From Lytechinus pictus (Eukaryota), in contig NC_087245.1 in assembly GCF_037042905.1 (NCBI RefSeq), positions 4,280,001 to 4,344,000 on the forward strand: 64,000 nucleotides of DNA. The letters run 5' to 3'. This document shows positions 51,501-64,000 of this stretch, one piece after another. The notes beneath the pieces are model-generated. The model saw only the letters and a list, made by a program, of their open reading frames with translations, did not search any database and was not told where the DNA came from. Position numbers and translations under genes: made by a program. The first letter of the stretch is position 1; the number at the start of each line of letters is the position of its first letter.

Positions 51501-54500
51501 TCAGTTTTCAATTGATCCCTTGCAGTAAATAAACAAAATATACACTTAAGCTTCATCACTCTCATTTTGTTTTATACCATCAACAAACTATTAGAAGTGA
51601 CCATTGTAAGAAACATCTTTATAACATTAAGTCTTGAGCATTATAAGAATTCGGAATGAAATAAGAATCAAAATTTTATAGTTTAATTATTCTCTCTTGA
51701 AGATTGAGATTTGAATGAAGATGAATGAAATGACAGTTTGACCATCAATATGAATAAATGGAGACTCATACATGGTATTGGTTGCTTGACTTGCAAGCCT
51801 TCATTGATTGAAAAGGTAATGTTACAGGATCAATGACAATCAGAGGTAACCAGATAAACCATTACTGACGTCATTCTGCCAATGCAGGACAGGTAGGCAT
51901 GGCTCCCAGGTATCAAGGAGTGACTGGATAGAGGTCCAAGGTGGCAGGTTACAAGTTAATCAGTATGTGGGACTGTACTTTACTTTTGAGTGGTAAAGAC
52001 TTCAATGATTCCAAATTTGCAATAAATGTATTTTGTGGATGGATTAATACACAAATTATGAGAAACAGAAGTCTCACATAAAAAAAATAATTTCATGACA
52101 ATCAAATTCATCTAATATTTACTTTATAATGGGCCATGCATTTTGCCACTGGAAGACCACTCAGGATTTAGAAATCTTCTTTTCCTCGGGATTCTCCACC
52201 AAAATTATGCATTCATATTTTGTCTTGTCATTTGTCATGCAATTCGTAACATAGTATAAATGAGAAATTAGCATCATACATGTATATCTTATTCATTTAT
52301 GTGTCAATTTTCTTTTTTGCTTCTTTTGAAAAATGCGAATTTATACTATGGTAATGTTGTATACAATTGTAATTTTGGAATAAACTGAAAATTGAAATGA
52401 GAAGTTAAATAGAAAATGTGAAAATTTATGAGTCATGGTGGAAATGTATCTGATAAAAATAAAGTGAAAAGAAAAGGATTTTTTTTAATTGAATAAAACA
52501 AATTTTAGATATTTTCATATAACTAAAAAGATCATAAATTTGAAGACAAGTTTCTAGACTATAATTTATTTTCCCAGTGCCGAAAAACAGAATATGTTAA
52601 GGTCAAGGCCACCCCAGAAAAATGTTAAATTGAACAAAAAGAGAAAAATCAAACAAGCATAATGCGAAAAATTTCATCAAAATCTGGTGTAAAATAAGGA
52701 AGTAATGACATTTCAAAATTTTGTTTACTTTTCACAAAATGTTCAGTGATATGCACAATTCAGTGACATGCAAATGAGACAGTCAATGATGTCCTTCACC
52801 TACTATTTCTTTTGCTTTTATTGTCTGAATTATACAATATTTCATTTTTTACAGATTTGACAATAAGGACCAACTTGACTGAATCATATAGTATCAAACA
52901 ATGCTAATTCCACACGTTCATGGAGGAATTAATCGTTGTTTCACTTGGCATGGACATCATTGTGAAAACAATTCCAGTCATATTTTTCCCCAAAACTGTT
53001 ATACTTTGGGATTTGATTTGTAATTATCGAAACAAATTTTTAGTACACATGATGAAGAAAAGTTTTCATATATGGATGTTTTTCTATTTTTTGTCATTTC
53101 TCATTTCATAATCACCTCATAGGCTGACAAACAGATGCAGGAAAAAAATACAATTTCTAGTCCATCAGACCTAGAAAGTTTGCAAAAAGCTGTATAATAC
53201 TTTCAGCTCTCAAGCTATCCTAAGGCAACTCTCACGTAAAATGACACAAACTCCACAAGGAAATCACCTAAAAGGGTCAGAGGGATTACAATTTCACAAT
53301 AACATCTCTGAATTGCTAGTACGAATATTCAGTTTTTGTATTTGTTTTCTAAATCATAGCATTATATCCGTCTTTTGGCTGCCATTTTACAAAACCTTGA
53401 AAGTGAATCTCTTCTCATCTGGGTTTTTTCCGTATTTTATCAGGTTATTGCTTAAAATGAATGAAGAAAATGCTTAAAAATGAAAAGGAGTAAATGCACA
53501 AGTAAAGATCCTTGATAAATGGATTGCCTTGTTACACTCTGAACTCATACCCTACAAAATGCCACCTACATGTATCTGTAGCCCCACATTAAATATCTTT
53601 CATAATTTCCATACTTCTAACAGTTGTTTAGTGAGAGGAAGACCAGTTATGTAGGTACATGTACTCAGTCATTTCAACCATGTCTCTGTACCAAGGGAAG
53701 AGTTTACTTCCTTTCAGCATTAGCATCCAACCATCATTACCCAACAAGCTTCTGTCTTTTTCAAACAGTTTCCATATTTCCTGCTGAATAAAAAAGATTG
53801 AAGTCCCATACCACTTGAAGATTGCGATATGGTTGTCTCTTTTTTTTTCTTCTGTACATTTTGGAGTTAGAAGGTACAAAGGTGATGGATGATTTACAAC
53901 TGTTTTATGAGTTGAAACACAAGTCCCAAGAATGGCCGTAGAATGATTACTCAGAATATTACATGGTTCTTGAAATGTTGAATCAGGATCATCAATTTAT
54001 GAGTTCTAAGTAATTTCTCAATGATTCTTCAACTATTCTTGGAAATATTCTCACATATATGTAGTATTTTACTTCATGAATATGGAAGTGGTGAATAAAG
54101 TTTCAATTTCAATTTCAGAAGAGTTTTACTACACAAAGGGATAATTATTGTAACTTATACAGTACATTGACTAACCATCCCCACCCCCCCCCCCCACACA
54201 CACACACATAAACACAAAAACCCTGCACTTTTCCTCTTGTGATGAAATGCAGAGAATTTCAAATGACTGAGTTGTTTTTCTTGCGTAACATCAGCAAAGA
54301 GTTGCATGGTTGGAAATTCTTCACTTTAAAGTAAATTTCCATAATTCTTAAGGGGGCTTTCTGGAGTCCAATGCAGGAGTAGTGGTCACACGACACTAGG
54401 AGGGGCTTCACAATCATGAAGGAATTTTTTAATAGCCTTTAGCATGCATGATCTTGCATTAATAATGTCTCAAGGCTCGTTAATGCAATTTGATTTGGTT

Positions 54501-55093
54501 TTCTTCATGCCTGCAGTCCCATAGGTTTCCACTGCAGCCTCAATATCAGAAGACTTGTCCATACAATATTCAGATCAGACTTCAACTTGAAGGTGGGAGT
54601 ATTTTGATTTACATTCATACAAGTCCCTAACAGTCCATAAAATTCATTTTGAATTTTCACTGGCATACTGTAAACAACAAATTGTACCATGACTTTTGCC
54701 TATAATAACAGGGCTCCACAATAACCTTTTTTTTTCTTCTGCTCCAACCTGTTCATGTCTGACCAGTAGATACCCAGTTTCTCAATTTTTTACTGGTCCC
54801 AAGAAATAAAGAAAAACATAAAAAAGACCTGAATTTATATTGCTGTCTTTTTCTGCTTATTGCTACCCCCTTGCGCTGCTAATAAGATTTTCATTATCCA
54901 AGATTATGAAAGATGGGTTATTACCATTATGATGTTCAATGCGTGTATGATGTGTGCTGCCTTGAACTCTGAATGTTAAGCTGAGTATATGACGATCATC
55001 TGAACTATCTCGTACCAAGAAGGAACCATCTGGAGTATTCTCTAATCTCATCTCAGCATCATCCCAACTCATTGGACCCCAGTACCAGCCACA
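48261..55093 (-). CDS. SOCS7: Suppressor of cytokine signaling 7 (SH2 domain plus SOCS box), last two coding exons; 5' exons not found in window
   Basis: Spliced product CGWYWGPMSWDDAEMRLENTPDGSFLVRDSSDDRHILSLTFRVQGSTHHTRIEHHNG-KFSFWS...GRFLYFLRPRWPGLPPVPLQLLYPISRFQKARSLQHMCRFVIRRHVRLDHIDALPLPRRLKEYL closely follows recalled human SOCS7 (CGWYWGPMNWEDAE, THHTRMEH, GKFLYFLRSRVPGLPP). Confidence 0.93.
49013..51346. mobile_element. 2.3-kb non-autonomous DNA transposon (possibly Sola-like) in the last SOCS7 intron
   Basis: Perfect 12-bp TIR GGGCATTTTCAC, 4-bp TSD AGTA, eight direct copies of TAATGTCAGTTACC. Confidence 0.75.
52601..52948. mobile_element. Kolobok-like MITE family B, truncated copy
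   Basis: Aligns by eye to the left ~60% of 5347-5940, same orientation. Confidence 0.8.
54925..55093 (-). CDS. SOCS7: SOCS7 SH2-domain exon
   Basis: FLVRDS SH2 signature; TAG acceptor, G|GTAATA donor, phase 0 to 1. Confidence 0.93.
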
Positions 55094-57361
55094 CTAATAA
55101 CAAATGAAAATAGAAATAAATCATTTAGTACACGATATATAAGCAATTTGATATTGTGGTATAATTTTGTTCATATGTATATAGATTATGGTAACATACA
55201 CCCATACAGAGTTGTACTTGGAAATTAAATTGTTATCAGTTGTTTACAATATGAATGTAAAATGGTTATTCATATTCATAAATACACATATAAATATTCA
55301 GTATGATCTCATAAAGATTAATAAGACAAATCTACAAGGAACAAATATTTATGCACAGTGACATACTGTATATTCGATATTAAAAATTTGCTGGTCAAAC
55401 GTCAAAATATAATAAAACATAGTCAAAGTCAACGTAGAGTGAAAGTTAGATGGACTGTATGCATGCGTCTTGTATGACATTGCACTTTGTCCTAGCTAAT
55501 GGATACCAAAAAAGGCCATTCCTCTGTTGTTCATGATTTTTCTTTACAATATTCTAATTGAATTGCGAGAGTAAGAACAACAAAATAATGACACTTCCAC
55601 TCTTTAGGGGATATATGTTGCTGGGGACCTCTCATCTTTATAGAAAATCACATTTTTGTTTGAATGACAAGATAATCTATCAATTGAAATTCTCTCCAAA
55701 TCTCTACTTTTTATCTTCAAAATATCAAAGGGTACACTGTCCCACTGGAAATACACACGTAAGGGCAGCCATATTTGATTTTCATATTAGCAGAAAAATG
55801 TGCACTTACATTATTATCTTAGTTGCTCAACATTTACTTATAATTCTTTCTTTTTTCTGATTCACTTTCTTCATTATTCGCTTTGTTTTCAATGGATGTT
55901 GATAATCATTAGATACCACTATGTAACATAGCTAAGATCAGTTATTCAGTGCTTTTTTTTACCTAGATGTACTCTACATATAAGAAATATCTTGAAAATG
56001 TTAAATAGTGAAATTGAAAAAATGAAAAAGAAGAAGAAAAATACAAACAAAAAAAGGAAAGAAAGGGAAAGAAAAAAAAAAAAGTGGGAAAACTAAAATC
56101 AAAAGAAAGCATCAGCAAACAGATGTAAGTCCACATCTACTGCAGATAGTATATGTGCTAATAGAGAGATAGATAAAGAGAAAGTACAATACCATATATA
56201 CAGTATATATATGTATTCTTGTAATTACTACATGACCATTTCACACTTTACATTCCCCCCCCCCCTTCGGAACAATGTGCATAAACTAAAATTTCAGTTT
56301 ACCAAAAAAAAGCCAAAATTACAGGAAGTTATGATTAATGCCTGGAGAGGTTTCAATAATTTATTCAGCCTAGATTATCTCCGCCCGAGAACTAGAGTAG
56401 AATTCTTCTCTTTTATCCTTCTCACTTGTTACATCAATTCATCATCCTTGCTGTAAGCGTTACCACAACAACGTCATACTACATCACAAGATGTAATGCT
56501 ATATTTTACATTCTGACAATGTTGTAAATCAGGCAAAGCTAACTAAATGTCAGATTTAAGATTTTAGTAGAGATTCTCAGAAAATGTTACAAATTGGGTG
56601 GTGGGAAGTAAATACATGTGACAACCAACACCAATGATTTGCAATCGCTCTTTCTTTCTTTCTCCCAGTTTTATTTGCCAAAGCTCACCAGTGCTGATTG
56701 GCTATTCTAGGAGTAACTCACATGGGACCTATTGGTGGAGAGATCCAAAGTGATCGTTTCTCATCTGGAAAGTGACAAATCCCAGCGTGGTCTTGCCAAA
56801 TTGACTCCTTCTATGGCTCGGCTCATTCAATCAGTACGTAAAGCGCTTGTAAAACAGCTACTGAATAAATGCATCGGGCACTCCAAATAGACTGAGGCGT
56901 ATTCGACCGATGTAGGATTTAAATTAACTGATAAAGCACTGATCACAATGGAAGCACACTATTTTTACAAAAGGATGTAACTCCATAAGATAAATGAAAA
57001 GGAGTCACAGAAATAAATCAAATCATTCTTCATGAAAAAAGGTGTGATTGCTGCATTTTTCACTTGTCATTTACTGAAGCAAATATATTTCAGATAGAGA
57101 AAGGAACATGGATCCATATCAGGAATTTATAAAATTGAAAATTTCTGAAAACTACATGTATATGCACAATAACTTAAACCTAATGAAGTCAGCAACATTA
57201 CACTTTATTTCTTAGAACAAAAAAAAAGAGTTGTGTGAAAAACATAAAAGGTAAGCAACTCCACATTTACAAATAGAGGACTTAATGCATTTCAAACCCC
57301 TTTATTCCAATAAAAGGAATGTAGCAGGATTGAGGTCTTTACTGCATCTACATGTACAGTG

Positions 57362-57578
57362 CACACTGTTAAAAACAATTTAAACAACGCTGTTTACTAT
57401 GTGAATCGCACAGTAGTTGTTTAAACAGTTTAAACAAGTGTTTAAAATCTTTTTAAAAAAATTTAAATTCAAATATTCAATTATCAATAATTAAATCATG
57501 GTTGTTTGATTTTAAACACTCGTTTAAACTGTTTAATCTACCGTGTGATTCACATAGTAAACAACGTTGTTTAAATCA
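57362..57578. mobile_element. Palindromic MITE-like element
   Basis: TTTAAACAACGCTGTTTACTATGTGAATC / GATTCACATAGTAAACAACGTTGTTTAAA inverted arms. Confidence 0.65.
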
Positions 57579-58309
57579 TTCTTTAGTAACCATAAAAGTG
57601 TATTCCATAAAGCTATATGCTAAACACACCATCTAGAGGAGAATGATTTATAGCTGATAGGTTCAAATGAGAGTGGAGGGATACAGTATCAGACACTGTG
57701 ACTCTCAGCAGCTATGCTTCAACACCCATCAAAACCCTGTTCATATTCTCATTCACAATCTACTGAAGACAGCATATCAGCTTTAAAGGCATGAGATGGT
57801 ATTCTAGTCCAGCATTGTAATCTGCATGTACATTTTTTATGCAGATTCAAAAGCTTGATAATATGGTCACTGATGAAAAACAATGGCAATCAATCCACAA
57901 CAAAGTTTGATTTTTGCATGTACATGAATATATCTTCATTTTACTAGTGCATTCATCTCTGCTTGAGTCTTTCTTCACAGATCCATTCTTGATCAAAATC
58001 ACAATAAAAGGCAAATTTAATACATTCATATCAATGAAGATATTTGGTACCATAGTATCTAGAAATGGCAATGAATAAATACATGCTAAATAATTGACTT
58101 ACATGTATAGAAGAACAAACATAAGAAAACATCAACGTGTTTCCATTTTACTTTTAGTTTGATTTTGGCTTCTGCTGAATTCTTGCATTTGCTCTTCATA
58201 AGTGTAAGTCAAACTTTTAAGCATGTCTTTTTTTCCGTGCCATTTTTATGTTCATATCATATCTTGCTCATGAAAAACTGTACTAGTTGGTGAATCCTAA
58301 TGTTATTAA

Positions 58310-58918
58310 AGGACAAGTCCACCCCAACAAAAAAATTTGATTTGAATAAAAAGGGAAAAATCCAAAAAGCATAACACTGAAAATTTCATTGAAATCGGAT
58401 GTGAAATATGAAAGTTATGACATTTCAAAGTTTCGCTTAATTTCACAAAACAGTTCTATTCAAATCTTTGTCGGTATGCAAATGAGAAGACTTATAATGT
58501 CATCCACTCACTATTCCTTTTGTACTTTATTATGTGAAATACGAAATATTCTAATTTTCTCCTCATTGTCAAGTGAAACAACGATTAATTCCTCCCTGAA
58601 CATGTGTAGCTACCATTTTTAATACTACACATGTATATGGTTCATTCAAGTTGGTTCTTATTGTCAAATCTGTGAAAAATGAAAAATTCTATAATTCAAA
58701 CATTAAAAAACAAAACAAAATAGTGAGTGATGGACATCATCGACTGACTCATTTGCATGTCACTGAGTTGTGCATATCACTGTTTTTTGAAAAATAAGCG
58801 AAACTTTAAAATGTCATAACTTTCTTATCTTACGTCCGATTTTGATGAAATTTTCAGCGTTATGCTAGTTTGATTTTTCTCTTTTCAAATCAACATTTTT
58901 CTGGGGTTCACATAACCT
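58310..58918. mobile_element. Kolobok-like MITE family B, full copy in opposite orientation
   Basis: TTAA flanks; reverse-complement match to 5347-5940. Confidence 0.85.
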
Positions 58919-61900
58919 TTAAATAACTGCCTTAGAGTAGGAAATAACCTTGTCCGTACACCAAGCCGAGTTCATATTCTTCAAGCCATGACCATGAGTG
59001 GGTGTTTTATATTATACAGATGAACGATTGCCAAATATTTTTTTCAATTTTTTTTTTTAAATCAAAATCTATCCAAGCTATCAATCTAAAGTATGTGTTT
59101 TTCCATTGCCTGTCAATCCCCTTTAACTGAGATTGATGTGCAACAAGTACATGTATATCTCCAAAGGAAGCAATGCGTATTGTGTAGTTCAATTAGAAAA
59201 TGAGTCTCTGTACTATACTGCATGTTACTGATGTTTTCACAAACTACCCGAAGAAGTATTCAACAAACAAAACCAACTTTAGAGATAAACATATAAAATT
59301 AAGCTTTGTCTTGGGGCTCAGTAAAGTACCTGATTGAATCTAATTTCTGATAACATGAAAGTTTAAACATCTACTGAATCGAGTGAGAATGTTATTAAAC
59401 TCTGGAAAAAATTGTGAAAGTATCCAAAAGTCTAGTTCAATCATTAAAAAAAGACTAGTAATTGTTACCTACATGTAATTATCTCTGCATTTCACTCTCA
59501 TAAATTGCTATTAGATCAATGAAAAACATAATTCAAATAAATTGAATAACATGTAAGCCAAAATAGAAAATTATATATAGAGAGATTTCTTTCCCTTCAA
59601 ATCCATGATAGATAAATTATTCATACTCTTTCTTTATCATGGGGTGCACATTACACGAAAAAATATTCTCAAGCTAAATAATGGGTTTTTTTCATCCAGT
59701 GACACAACACTAATTGAACATCAAAGATGTTGGAGGCTGACAATAAATTGAGTACATGTAAGTGTGAAAATCTGGATACATTTACAGCGCCTTTTTCTTT
59801 CATAATGCTGCAGGGGAATTTCTGATGAAACGTGATCATACATTTTAACAAACATGGCAGCTAACAATCCAGCTAAGTGCTCTCCATGGTGCCATAATGG
59901 GTGTTGTATAAACGAGCACAAATCATGTCCAATATTTCTATTTTTTCCAAATCCGTATTTCATGAATTCTGTATTAATTAAAGTGGAGGGGGCAGTACGG
60001 GATTTTGACATCAAACTTGCCTGACAGTACTATTAACTTGCTGAAGTTTGCAACAACTTAATACTTAACAGGATATTGTTCTTTATTGTTCGTATGTTGG
60101 GGTTTTTCTTGGAATAGTTTTATCATTTCTTTTCTGTCTCATGCTTTCACCTTTGTCATGAAGAAGTGGAACTGTTTGAAAGTGTTAGGCTACATGTATT
60201 TCATGCTAACTACTGTAACATTGGGAAATTGATAGCAGCTTTATACTAGGTCAAAACCACTCGATGGTTTAAAAATTAGCATTGTCTGCCTACACTCACT
60301 GAATAATTGTCTACAGTATGGCTTTTAAAGGTAACTAATTGTTTGTCTTGGGGGTATCAGGTTTGAGAGTGAAGCAAAAGACATGTGTCTATCCTTTCTT
60401 GGACAGAGACTATCTAAACCATTTTGAAGAACACCTCATGCATCATCTACAAAGATAATGTTATCAATAGCCAACACAATATGAAAGGCAAGTGTCTCAT
60501 CATCATTTTTTGTCTTGGTAAAATAATATTCATCTAGAATATAAGATAAGTATTGAGAAGTGATACCAGGAAAATAGCTCCCTAATGGATCATTACCACT
60601 GTACCTTGCTCCATGTCTGGCATCAATTAGTTTTTAACCCTAATAGAGTCTCTCTACCCCATCTAATAATCAATTCACTGCTGATGATACTGGAGCAATC
60701 TTCTTCCCTCTGAACAAACAAAAGCGATCGGGTGAGTCATATTGACCTGATTTCCCATACTTTCCTTCAACTGACCATTTCTTGCAACATATGTAAAGAA
60801 TATTCTTCTTTTAAAGACAAAGATAAACTTCCCATGATACATCTCTGGCCACAAACAGATACATGTATAAGCGAGGAGTGCAATACTTGGTGTGAAGGTA
60901 GCCAGTTCCAAATGCCACTATCAGGTCAGTCAACACCCTAAGACAATCCCTGAACAGACTATACAATATTGAAGAGAGGCGATAGGTGTCAGGAGTGGGA
61001 TAATGTTTCATCTTAAGGTGGAGAGAAGGAGATGGAGACTTGTAAAGAAGCTTCTGCGGCAAGAAGACCATCTACATCCTCTTCACATCAGATTGCTTCC
61101 ATAGTTCTCTATCTTTAATAGTATTTTGATTAATTTCAGTTTGGTCATTACAAACAGCTTAAAACTACACTGCAGATAAGTATTTCATATAAATAATTCT
61201 ACTCTCAATGTTTACTCAGATCAACATAAAGGTTGTCAGATGAATGCAAACAGCTTGCATTTGAGCAATTCCTAAAAATGTGCTCTGTCAGAACTTGAAT
61301 ATTAAAGTGCAATTCCCGTTATTGAATTTTAACAGAATCAGACTAAATGTGTGTTTGTATTTATGAATTAACACTATCTGCTATTATGGCAGAAAATGAA
61401 AAATAGGTCAGTAATTGGCAAAATAAGCATGTAGTTGGACATTAATGGGACCTATTTTCCTCATTTTACTTATTTTTCAGCTCTATGAAGTCCTTATTAT
61501 TCAAAACATTTGGATCACTTCAGTACTTATTTTGATAATATCATCGATGATAAAAGAACTTTCCTGCTACTATTGATGCCCATTGCGATTCACTGAAGTT
61601 TGGCTTCACAAGTGACCCAATACATTTCACTCCAAACTGGATTTAATTTTGTTTTCAAGAAATCCAGGCTGGAAGATCTACAGTGGATCATCATTTTACT
61701 TTTCGAAGATACCATAAGACTCATTCTCCCCACAAGAATCATTAACAGGATTGAATTCAAATCAATCAAACTGTCAAAATAAAGCACAGTATCAGTTTCA
61801 TCCCATTTTTACTTCAAATGCCAAGTGTCTGCAGTGAATCTTTTGTATAGATTCTTCCTAAATGTCACAGCTGAAAGATAATACTGTTTATAAATCTATC

Positions 61901-62064
61901 AAGTTAGACTTATCATTGTGTACAGTTGTTCTTGGTAGAGTCTTTCTGCTCGGCATTAGAGGGTAGATGTAACTGATGGTATTTCAAATGGTCAAGCCGA
62001 AGGGGGGGGGGGGTTAAGCTGAGATTGAAAACTGAAGTAATTCTGTAACTATGACCTACAGGTA

Positions 62065-62317
62065 CAGTCTAAATTGCAGGGATTTGAAATAAATCCAGGC
62101 AGACTGTATTTAGATTGTATTTATTTAGACTGTACCAAGTTTGGGATTAACTTTTAATCCTTACAAAAAAAAAATCATTTTTAATCTCACAGGATTTAAA
62201 TTTGAATCCTTTAATACTTAAAAAATAATCTTGAGGATTAAAACTAAATCCCAAATTCAATTTGCTTTGTAACTACAGTCCACCTGGATTTAGTTTAAAT
62301 CCATGCAATTTAGAGTG
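62065..62317. mobile_element. Palindromic MITE-like element
   Basis: CAGTCTAAATTGCAGGGATTT...AAATCCAGG / CCTGGATTT...AAATCCATGCAATTTAGAGTG. Confidence 0.6.
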
Positions 62318-63489
62318 CATGTCAATGAAATATCAAATAAAATAATAATCATATACACTTTTAATGAAAGAAAAACATAATTTTTAACTGATACTTTAAA
62401 ATTTGGTTCTCTTCAAAGTTTAGTACTGCACAGAAGTCTCAAATCTAACTGGCTACTATAAAGGAAGCTTGGGGAATACAGACATATCTGTGGGTTTAAA
62501 ACATGAAAGAAACTAAATCATTATTTTTACAAAACTGATCATTTTCATAAAACATAATGATTAAAAAAAACTAAAATAGAGATTTACATTGTACTACACA
62601 TTTAATTCAATGAACATTATAAAAGTGTTGTACATGTAGTACCGTACTGTTAAAGAAAATATGGGTGTTTTTTCTTTATATTCTAATGGATAAAGGTAAA
62701 AAATGGAATCTATTGACGACTTGCAATAATGAGTCTTTATTGTGCCCTACAGTTTGTATTCCAAGGCCAAAAGGCACGTAATGCATTTATTCTGTCACAT
62801 ATGCATGAAAGAGTTTTTAAAGCTGAATGCAGTGTACATCATCAATGTCATTATTTGCTTTTGATCAGTATGACTCTCACAAGCTTTGTGCTCGACAAGC
62901 AGGAAGTCATTATTTTGATCAAAGATGAAAAATTACTATGATCAATAAAAATGAAATGTTCATATCAAGGCTGGTGATGAAGAATAGGGGGTGCTGCATG
63001 CTAAAGAACTTTGACATTGAACCACTCAAAGAATGTTGACAAGTGTGGTGAATAGTAAACATACTATACAATCTGGCCTTTATTTTTTTGTATTTCATGC
63101 ATTAATCCAGTTATTCTATTTATTGTGTGATTTTATGAATTTGAGCAACTTTTAGAATTGTGCAATCAGCAAAAATGGGTAGATTGTACTTCTAAATGTA
63201 AATTTGAGAGGTCTGATTGTACACAGAAGCTCTAATTGAACGCATGCCAACATGTATACCAGTATGAGCATACTGTGAGGCCCTGTACTGTGGATGACAG
63301 ACATACATTTCTCAATGAAGGTCACATACATTGTTTAATGATATAACTAGCTACTGGCATGCATTAGTTCATGTCCAAAATGCAGACCAGCCAGGGCAAG
63401 CATTGTGCCTCAAGAATACTTTCTATGAGGATACTGAAAATTTTGTGCAAGCTAAACTACTATTATGATTTAGAAATTTGAAAATCATT

Positions 63490-63846
63490 TAATAATAATA
63501 ATAATAGCCAATTTTTATAAAGCGCTTTTACCAGAATGGCTCAAAAAACGCGTTACAGCATATTATTACCCCAGTCATTGGATTTATTTCAATCCCGCAC
63601 GAAAAGTGCACAATTTCCACTCCCTGGGGAGCATTCCTTGCATTCATCGCAGCCTCATTATGGCGCTGACAAAATCAAACATACAATATCTTTCGCATCC
63701 TACCGGGTACCCATTTAGCACCTGGGTCGAAAGTGGCAAAGTGTGGATTAACACCTTGCCAAAGGACGCGAGACTGCGGTGGGATTCGAACACACGACCA
63801 TCTGTTTACAAGGCGAGAGTCATAACCACTACACCACGGCTCTTCC
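63490..63846 (-). mobile_element. tRNA-derived SINE, apparently full length
   Basis: Minus strand: A box TGGTGTAGTGG, B box GTTCGAATCC, core CCCAGGTGCTAAATGGGTACC, AAGCGCTTTATAAA end and (ATT)n tail. Confidence 0.85.
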
Positions 63847-64000
63847 ACAACATTTGTGGTACTGTCTGCTATTATCACATCAATTGACTATTATTTGGGC
63901 TAAGTACTGTCAGTGATCATGTACACTTTGTTACTCCTCATTGGATGTCATGAAAATAATTATCATCATCAAATCACAAATGATAATGTCATTGAATTTG

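Noticed and set aside
63770..63846. tRNA gene
   Set aside because: No convincing acceptor stem or Pol III terminator; it continues into a SINE core and (ATT)n tail
55094..64000. Upstream SOCS7 coding exons, including ORFs near 59.7-61.1 kb
   Set aside because: No ORF with splice sites encodes the expected pre-SH2 segment; the exons probably lie beyond the right edge

Overview
AT-rich eukaryotic (metazoan) genomic DNA, not prokaryotic. The repeat landscape suggests a marine invertebrate, possibly a sea urchin (inference). Two intron-rich genes lie head-to-tail on the minus strand. (1) A WDR87-like (WDR87/WDR97 family) WD40 protein: I traced 31 phase-compatible coding exons from the ATG at 30333 down to 351 (3798 nt, 1266 codons), and the gene runs off the left edge. 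(2) The last two coding exons of SOCS7 (SH2 domain plus SOCS box; 54925-55093 and 48261-48583), whose upstream exons were not found in the window. Introns and the intergenic stretch hold many small non-autonomous elements. The most notable are a 7SL(Alu-domain)-headed SINE with a target-site duplication (TSD), a Penelope-like insertion carrying two inverted hammerhead-ribozyme-like motifs, a Helentron/HINE-like element carrying a 154-bp satellite, TU-like foldbacks, nested TTAA elements and a 2.3-kb element with terminal inverted repeats (TIRs) and an iterated 14-mer. TACATGTA is strongly over-represented and demonstrably replaces TA inside repeat copies, consistent with Tc1/mariner excision footprints. 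All coordinates and counts were made by hand; family assignments rest on recalled knowledge and need database confirmation.
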